NCBI GenBank assembly: GCA_051362555.1 | Contig: CM120644.1 | Coordinates: 21,226,534 to 21,290,533, forward strand | From: Lingula anatina | Lineage: Eukaryota > Animalia > Brachiopoda | Direction of reading: 5' to 3' | Length of the DNA: 64,000 bases | Shown: in pieces, positions 55,526 through 64,000 of the stretch | Numbering within the stretch: position 1 is the stretch's first letter | How the letters are laid out: every line of letters begins with the position of its first letter | Notes under the pieces: model-generated | Told to the model about the DNA's origin: nothing | Seen by the model: only the letters and a program-made list of their open reading frames with translations | Database searches by the model: none | Program-made: the position numbers and the translations under genes

Positions 55526-58500
55526 TCCCAGCAAATTATCTTTTACAAAAATAAATCCAAATAAAGAATTTCGACTTCTACAAAACAGTGCTACGAACAC
55601 TGTATAGTAAGAGGGGTCAGTGGTTCTGTAGTTAAGAAAAATAACTTCTATTTAGTTCATAAAACAATATTGCACATTTATTATTGCATAAATGGATACA
55701 AAAAGTAACAGCGTTGTTTTCACAAAATATTACAAAACTTACAATATATTTTTTCTACAATAATGGCAATTTCATAAAACGTACTATGAAATTTGAATTA
55801 AGCTTTTACATACAAACAAAAATGATTCTCTAGCTAACTAGTGTGCAACATAACGAGATTCTATGCATTTTTGTCAAAATTTACAGGCAAACTGGAAAAT
55901 TATCCAAATACAAAAAATTATAATAACGTTTGTCTAAATTCACTGGTGTGATCGATATAGAAAATTCAATATGCATATAACCTCATCCTATCTTGACACA
56001 TGTACCCACATGCAAGCACTATGTCGTTTTGCTGATGTATGCACACAAATCAAAAATAGGTAGGCGAAATGATAAAATTTTATATGAATCCTGGTTGTTT
56101 AGTTCATCGATAAATATTGTCATGTCCAAAATCAACGTATTTCCTTAATTCCTAAAATATGTATATGTACTGCATGGCACAACTTTGAGCGAAAACTGGC
56201 ATCATAATCATGACATGACCAACTTACAAGTTTATTTTAACCATAGCCATTTCAAAGAAAAAGGAAAAAAATACGTAAATATCAGTTTACTTGAAATACA
56301 CACTTACTAAGACAATGCTAATAAACTTAAGACTGGTCTCCGGTATTAAGTGATCTAGCGACAATCGGCATTATAACTCAACAGGACATGCAGGACTAAC
56401 ATATAAGAAGTTATTCTTTAATCACCCTTTAAACTCGACCGAAGAATAAACTACAAAAATACTAAGTACAATGCCAACCTTTAACAGAGCGCTGATCTAA
56501 ACACTTTTGGATATTTTTAAAAGAATTTTCAAACAATACATAAATAACTGCTAGCCAAAATTTAAGTAAATTTACGAAAAATATTTCTTTAGTTTTTCAT
56601 CCCTTGCTATAAATTTCGCTTTAAATTGCATCACATTCTATTTTGGGAGCATTGGCAGAAATTGGCAGTCTTAAAAACTTCATCGAGTACTCATTATTCT
56701 AAATAATTAGCTAAAATGATTGATTTGACTTTGTCAAGAATTTGTCTAAAATTCAGAATGTGAAAGTTTTTGATGAATGTCAGTCCTAATGTAGAAAATA
56801 TTCTGAAATAAAATATTTTCTGAAACACAACGATTTTCCTTTGTAACCTACCACTCGTGCAATAACAAATGCACATTAATTTCGGGAAATTTTCAACTCC
56901 TTGGTTTCGTTTCTAAAACCAGGGTGACTTTTGACCCCTCCCCTCATTGAAACACGAAGTTTATATTATATGCGTCACAATCGCATATTCAAACTTAGAA
57001 ATTTCGTTTCAATACGTGTGGACAGTTCTGCAATACTAATGACACATTCTGCCAATTTGATTATGCTGCAATTTCTGAAGCATAATTATTCAAATTACAG
57101 CGAATTATTGATTTTCGGTGGATGCACATCTCGTTCTTTTTTCTTCAACTGAACACACACTACAACTTCCAGACGCTTTCTAAAGCATTAGACCGAGTTC
57201 ACAACCAGTTGAACCACCGTCTATCTAGTCCGTGGATCAAATATGGCGCGTACTTGACAATATAACTTGACGACTTGACAATATAACAATAACTTCCAAA
57301 GACTTCCATAAATGCATTTTACACGGTTGGAATATTTTCTTTCTTTCCAAAACTAAACATCACCAAAATAAATACTAGAATTCATTTTTAAATAAATAAT
57401 TGTTCACGGAGAAGTGCCAAATTGCAGATTTGTCCTCACAAATATTGTTACGAACAAAAAGAAAACCGGTCGTCCTACATGTGCATTGTTGTTTATATTG
57501 CCACACCTACACGGTAATAAACCACTACAACATGTACGTGTAGCAAAGTACTCTTCCTGAACACTATGTTGTAATAGTTTGAAAATAACTACAGTCGAAT
57601 CACAGCACAAAGTAAAAATTACACTTTATATTAAGTTTCAACCCTGCAAATTTACTAGCAGACGAACTCTGACATGCGACATGTAATCTTGACATGGATG
57701 CAGCCGCTGTAGAACACGTGTCTGACGTCATTGATGGAGAACGTATTCAATCTTCTCGTACACGGTTGAGTCACTGAAATTAAACAAAAAACGCCTTTAC
57801 AAAACAATGTCTAAGGGTTGATTAAATAAAGCAATTTTTAATATTACGGTAACCGATTTCGATTCTTATAGTAATATTCAACAAACCACTTTTCAATTTT
57901 TAAATTAGACGAATATATATATATATATATATATATATACTGAGCTGACACGTTCTATGTAATCATGCACTTTCAAACAATATAATTTCTATTGTTTTAC
58001 GCCGTGTACACACTGTAACGCGACAACATTCTGTGTCTTTAGAACCACACGTCAGTGGTGCTACTGAAAAGATAGTGACCCTCGCATTACGTATAAAGTG
58101 AAATTTTAGAAATAAACATATGACAGGAGGGTAGTAAAAACAACATTTATGAGATCTTAGAAAGAAGAACAACATACTCACGACATGTGCACATTGGCGG
58201 GTTGGGATTTGCTGAGGTGGATTTTGAAATTTTTAAAAAACAAATTAGGACCTGAGAATGAAGTTACCTGCCAAGCTGTCCTTACTTTGTTTAAGACGGA
58301 AGACGCGTTCACTGCTGGAGCAAATCTCTCACCATCCGTTTTCTGGCAAATGGATTCCATCTGAAAATAAAAACAGATAATTAGCTATTTAAACGTCAAG
58401 TTGAATTTGGACTTTTAATGTAAAATATTGTTGACGTCAAGGCAAAATGTCGACATGATGGTTTATTTGCAAAATGCATCATTTTTTTTATTTATATCAT

Positions 58501-59714
58501 TAACGTCAAATAACCAATGTTATCTTCCATCATCTATACAGTACTTACAACAGATCGATGCCAATTTCAGTCCCAGATTTCCGACCATTTCGTAGAAATT
58601 GTGGCAATGAGACACAAGGCTTTCTTCGCCATCTTTTACTGACCTCGGTCCTTTCTGAACACCTCTCACCAAAATACTCACCTGGATTACATAATAATAT
58701 ATACTTGAACACTTTCCAAACGGAAATCTCGATTTCAATTTTAACCTTTGTTATATGCTACAGGGCAAGCGTGCCCCCCCCCCCCCCCCCCCGCCCCATG
58801 AGAAAGGTACATTACCCCACTCCCACTCTTAACGCACAATCACAGATGCTGATGTTCAGTAATGAAATACAACATCATGAGCTGTATCCATTTAACGTAA
58901 TAGAACTGACAGAAATAAAGGAAATTATAAGTTGAGAAAGGTATGAACCAATTTACTACATCCTTTGTTATCGTCCAAATAAATTAGAGTTGGTAACGTT
59001 TAAAAAAAAATTCACGCGTTTTGAAAGTTTACTGTTGTTGTGTTTTGAAAGAACTATTATATATTTTCTACATCTCAAATGCAGACTTAACATTTAACAC
59101 ATCTTTATTCTTAGAGTTGTATTGATGCTGTAAATTGGGTATATCTACATATATAACTTGAATAATTTTACATAAGCACATTCAAAAGTCTTAAGTCCAC
59201 ATTGGTAAATAATCAGTCTACTTGGTGGATATTGTATCAATTTCTATTGTTTAAATCAACAATCAAGATCTACATGTATTTTGCTTTTATTTTTCACTCA
59301 AGAAACCGTTGATCTTTACATGCCTTTATTTAAAATATGCCCCGTTTTATTTCACTTTCAGATTTAACGTAACAACCTTTAACACCTAAGCAAGATATTA
59401 ATTCAAGATGTTTCATTAAATACCATATAAAGAGATACATAATGAAAATATTCAAAAAAGGAGATTTATAGAGAACTATGAAAGACTAAAATATTTAAAA
59501 TGAAAAATTAAACTTTATTTATAGATAAAATTTCTCCTTAATGCTGAAAATTGGCAGCAGGTTTTGGTTGTAAAATAAATCTGGTTATCAATATCTTCAA
59601 AAAATAAAAAAATTACTCTGATTATCATAAAAGTTCAAAGTTGCAGAGTTGCTTCCTGCGTGAAGACAAATGGGTTTACTCACGGGGGAAGTTTTGCTTC
59701 CACCTGACCAAAGC

Positions 59715-60186
59715 GCACAGAGTCCCAGTGATAGTTTATGTAAGGGACAGAACAACTTTGTTACCAGTAGATACAGAAGAGGGAGAAACTTTGGCTGGGT
59801 TCCCATGCCTAGAGCACAGAGTCCCAGTGATAGTTTATGTAATGGGCAGAACAACTTTGTTACCAGTAGATACAGAAGAGGGAGAAACTTTGGCTGGGTT
59901 CCCATGCCTAGAGCACAGAGTCCCAGTGATAGTTTATGTAAGGGACAGAACAACTTTGTTACCAGTAGATACAGAAGAGGGAGAAACTTTGGCTGGGTTC
60001 CCATGCCTAGAGCACAGAGTCCCAGTGATAGTTTATGTAAGGGACAGAACAACTTTGTTACCAGTAGATACAGAAGAGGGAGAAACTTTGGCTGGGTTCC
60101 CATGCCTAGAGCACAGAGTCCCAGTGATAGTTTATGTAAGGGACATAACAACTTTGTTACCAGTAGATACAGAAAAGGGAGAAACT
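59715..60186. repeat. 99-bp minisatellite, about 4.8 near-identical copies
   Basis: Units start at 59715, 59814, 59913, 60012 and 60111. Confidence 0.95.
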
Positions 60187-60499
60187 AAGGCAGTGGGAAT
60201 AAAGCTGTTATGAAATCCACAAATCTTGTTGATTACTTCTCGATTGGTGAATAGAAAATTGAACCTTACACTTTATCATTGAACAGCACCTGTATTGGAG
60301 GACGAAGGTTATATGAATGTATTACCTAAGACCTAATAAGATAAACAAAAACCTAAAAAGATAAACATGTACCAGCATGGACTTTCCACTAACATTATTA
60401 TTATCATCATTATTATTGTTGTTGTTTTATCTGTCACACTGGTTAAATTACACCATGACATACAGTTTAAAGCCAGAAGGAAAATATAAATTTATCTTC

Positions 60500-61125
60500 T
60501 ACCCTTTTCTGAAGCAAAGCAAAAGTTACTGGAATGTTGAGTACACCAAGGAAGCCAACACAGATTTACTTCTAGGATGATGTATTAAAACAAACTACAA
60601 AGCGCCATTTTGGATTTTCATCTGGAATCTTCATATCAGCTCCACTGTTACATTGAGTTGTGTCACAAGAACAAATATTTTGTAGGAGTTTGATACATCA
60701 CTTCATAATAGAGTTTCATCATAACTACCAACATCTATTCTGCTTTGTGTGAGATATGTTCCCTCCGAAGCTTTGCCTCATCTGTGGAATGATGATCAAG
60801 AATTTTATGCTAAAAAAATCTTTAGTCTCATAAATGGTACGTTGCCGTTACTGAAGTACAGAGTCCTTTATGTGGTATATGGACTTTGATCTCTGATGAC
60901 TGGTTGTCTGCTACCCCATTGGAGTGAGTGGAGCTGGTCATGTCCTTTTTACGGGGTTTAGCAGGTTCTTATCCTATTAGGGGGATTAGCAGGTTCTAAT
61001 CCTTTTTAGGGGGATTAGCAGGTTCTAATCCTATTATAATGTCATACATTGGGCTGGAGAAATTGGTCGGTTTGTCGTAGTCTTCAAAATTCTCCGTTTT
61101 GTTGTAGTCTGGTTCCATTGCATCC
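60500..61125 (-). pseudogene. Possible decayed TIR-domain exon
   Basis: Splice acceptor at about 61126. Fragments IDVGSYDETLL*SDVSNSYKIFVLVT, QWS*YE and IILEVNLCWLP loosely follow TIR motif order, across several frames. Confidence 0.3.
60944..61036. repeat. ~28-bp tandem repeat, 3 copies
   Basis: ggggattagcaggttctaatcctatta variants. Confidence 0.8.
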
Positions 61126-62004
61126 TGTGAGAAAAAAGACGAGCACTTTAGACCAATGAATAAAAAGAAAATTTCCAGTTAAGAAGCATAACTATGAAAT
61201 GTTTTCACAGGCAATTTGTAAAGAAAAAAACAAAAAAACAAATATGAAGCTATACACATGAATTTTTACTATACATGCAAAATACTTCAAAGTTCAAATC
61301 TTCCGTCTTTTGTCTCAACTGAGTATCCAAATTCAACCCTCAAATCTTTTACTGATCACATTTCTATACAATATGTTACAGACAGTTCCTGCAGGCTTAA
61401 CATCCAAGTGGAGGAAGAAACATCACTTCAATAAACACATTATTGTTTAATATGTCCTAAAACCAGGAGAAGAGGTAAAGAAATGACTTGGATATTTAAA
61501 AAAAATTAAAGTGCTAAAACTGTTTTAAAGAATACTTACATTTACATTCCTCACACATCTACGAGCAGCTGAAATCTTGGAATTTATTGCTGCATTAACT
61601 TGAATGGCAGTCAGACCCAACTAGGTCATTCTATAGGCTATAAAAAGTCAGAGATGAAAATAAACTGGTCACAAAAATATGCAAATAAACCAATTTAAAT
61701 CAATTTAACATTTGGGAATAAAATAATAAAGCACTGATGCAAAAAATGTTTAAACCGTGCTTTTATTTTTATATGAAACTAGCTCTTGCAACTGCTGACC
61801 TATTTAAAAAGTTGTTCCAGACAGTTCCTGCGGGCTGAGAAACCCATCCTACAGCTTCTTAAGTACAAAAGTGCTTGTTTTTTTATGACACTTCATCAGA
61901 GTCTCAACCAGCCACTGATTGCTGACAGCAAGGTCCATCCCTTCTAGGCAGGTCCTGGCTGCTTCTGCTTCTTGTCCACTCTGCAGGACCACCTGAAATA
62001 TTAT

Positions 62005-63960
62005 AAACAAGGCAGCAAAGCTGTCAAATGTACAGGCAAAAACAGAAAATAAAGATGCAGAAAATAGGTCATTTTGTCAATATTGATGCAATAATAAATA
62101 ATGCAGTTAATCAACACTGAATTTTAATCATGAACAACAGGTAACATGGTCAATAACAGGAGCGCATCCAGAGATATTTTCTGAGAGTATTCCAAATTAT
62201 CTTTGTTGATCCATCCTCCATTTTTGATGGTCTTCCAACAGAAAAAAAAATAGATACCTGTCAATGTAAACTTCAAAATCTGACCGTCTTCCAGAAGACA
62301 GTCTCAATCCGCCCCTGCAATAAGATTACAGTTTTAGGACCATGAGAGTTCAAATTCACATAATGAAAGTCCCAATATTTGAAAAATGATGACAGTGCAT
62401 AAAATAATGTTACATAATTTTTAAAGACATAATGTTAAAGACAAGTGTGTTTTATGTAATCTCATTTAATGGTCACTTGAATATTAATTAGACAAGTGAC
62501 TTAATAGCTGTGAACTTATACCCAAGGGAAAATTACAGACTGACCACCTTCATGTGACAAGCAAAGGTCTTCAGGCCAATAAGTCACACTTTAAAAAAAA
62601 AAATTATGCACAACAGGTAATACCGATGAAAGTAAAATTATGCACAACAGGTAATACCGATGAAAGTAAAAGCATCAGGCCCATGAGAGTTCAAGTTCAC
62701 ATTAGAAAATGCCAGAATGAGAAAAATGAGTTCATTTCCATTTTTGAAGCAGAAAATGTCAAAACAACACTTTTACATATCTAATTAGTTCTATAATGAG
62801 ACTGTTAACATGCCTACGGATTAAATCTGAAGAAAAAACACTTATTTACAAAAAAAAAAAAAAAAAGGCATGACTTCATCAAAACTTAACTGATCAAGCT
62901 TATTTTCAAACTTGATCTGTATACTAGTTAAACTGATCACTCCTGTGTACAAAATGTGAGTCACAAGACAAAAGGCCAATTGTTTTTTCTTAAAATGCGT
63001 TGTATACTAGTCAAACTGATCACTCCTGTGAGTCGCAAGACAAAAGGCCGATCGGTTTTTCTTAAAATGCATTATCAGTGTTGCATATGTCATAGTGGTG
63101 ATTTCACGGCCAAACTTCATTTCAGAAACTTCCACATTTAAATCAAATTAAATCAACATTTGGTAAAGGTTGTTCAGATGTTTCCGTTATAATGATATTA
63201 CATGAATCTGTTAACGCATTTTATTTATTGGAAAGAACTGTAACCAAGTTGTAAAGCATGTTTTCAGTTTTAAAAGGATTGAATAACTTTATTTACGGCT
63301 TCATCTCCAAGTTAAAGTTTAAAGCAGTCTGAGTTTAATTATGTGAAAGGTCTCTAGTAATATATCTTAATTCTGTTAATTGGCTTCATTATCTCTGACT
63401 TGTTTTAGGATTCACTGTAATATATTTTGTGTGTATTAGTATATAAGGAGAAGAACTTTGTATTAGAGATGAGAGAGATTGGAGATAAGAGCTCAGATTG
63501 AGTTTGGTCAGTCAAACCGATAGCTGGATTGTCCCTGTTGTCTTAGGAGACTCCAGATCTCTCAGCCAGAGAAATAAATGTAGAGATAAGTCAGTTGGTA
63601 GTTGTTCTCTGGAAAACATATCACTGCTGTTGTGTTACCTGCTGGAGAAGTAACTCAGACCATACATGTAGAAGTAGAGACACCATTCTCTCTACTTCTA
63701 TGCTCAGACCAAGTACCCCCTGTGATACATATATGCTGAAAAAAAACAAAAAAAAACAAAACAGCGTAACTTTTGAAAAATGGTCCAATCACGCTGATTT
63801 TTTAACTTGACCTGTGTATTATGAATTTTCATCAGTTCTGTATATATGTAAGTTTCAAGCCAAAAGGTAAAACGGTTTTCCACTTATTGTGTTATCGGTG
63901 TTGCATATATGCTAAAAATAATAAAAAATCAACATAACTTTGATAAAAATGGCCTGATCA
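62005..63960 (-). mobile_element. Older diverged copy or copies of the same HINE-like family, interrupted
   Basis: aacaaggcagcaaagctgtcaaatgtacaggc 3' end at 62006. Internal motifs at 62560-63085 and 63770-63960 match 41700-43300 in reverse. Confidence 0.65.
62157..62317. mobile_element. CAGG-terminal MITE with 6-bp TSD (CAATAA)
   Basis: caggagcgcatccag ... caatccgcccctg flanked by caataa on both sides. Confidence 0.7.
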
Positions 63961-64000
63961 TGTGAAAAAATAATGAAAAGTAATGAAATGTCACCACATA

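Noticed and set aside
59641-60213. Plus-strand 33-aa repeat ORFs with RR/GR sites resembling a neuropeptide precursor
   Set aside because: No signal peptide or convincing start. Several frames are open simply because a stop-free 99-bp unit is repeated.

Overview
AT-rich, intron-containing, transposon-dense DNA from an animal genome, probably a marine invertebrate (inference from the repeat families; species not identifiable). No clearly intact host gene is present. From left to right: (1) degenerate satellites with nested Helentron-type (HINE-like) and Tc1/mariner-type MITEs (1-9.3 kb). (2) A broken EnSpm/CACTA-type transposon (transposase plus spliced DUF4806-like gene) interrupted by a Rex1-like LINE and by a 3.9 kb P-element-like insertion with 7-bp TSD (10-18 kb). 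(3) A spliced gene missed by the ORF track, encoding a CBM20 glycogen/starch-binding module followed by tandemly duplicated symmetric phase-1 micro-exons (18.7-24.8 kb). (4) Two copies of a segmental duplication (about 25.6-31.75 kb and 40.15-49.45 kb), each carrying HEATR3 3' exon remnants on the minus strand and a plus-strand C2H2 zinc-finger array with Cys in place of the conserved helix Leu. (5) A near full-length RTE-X-like LINE and an L2/CR1 fragment between the two copies. (6) A mostly non-coding right third with a tRNA-derived head, a 99-bp minisatellite and a possible decayed TIR-domain gene. All calls were made by eye, without database searches.
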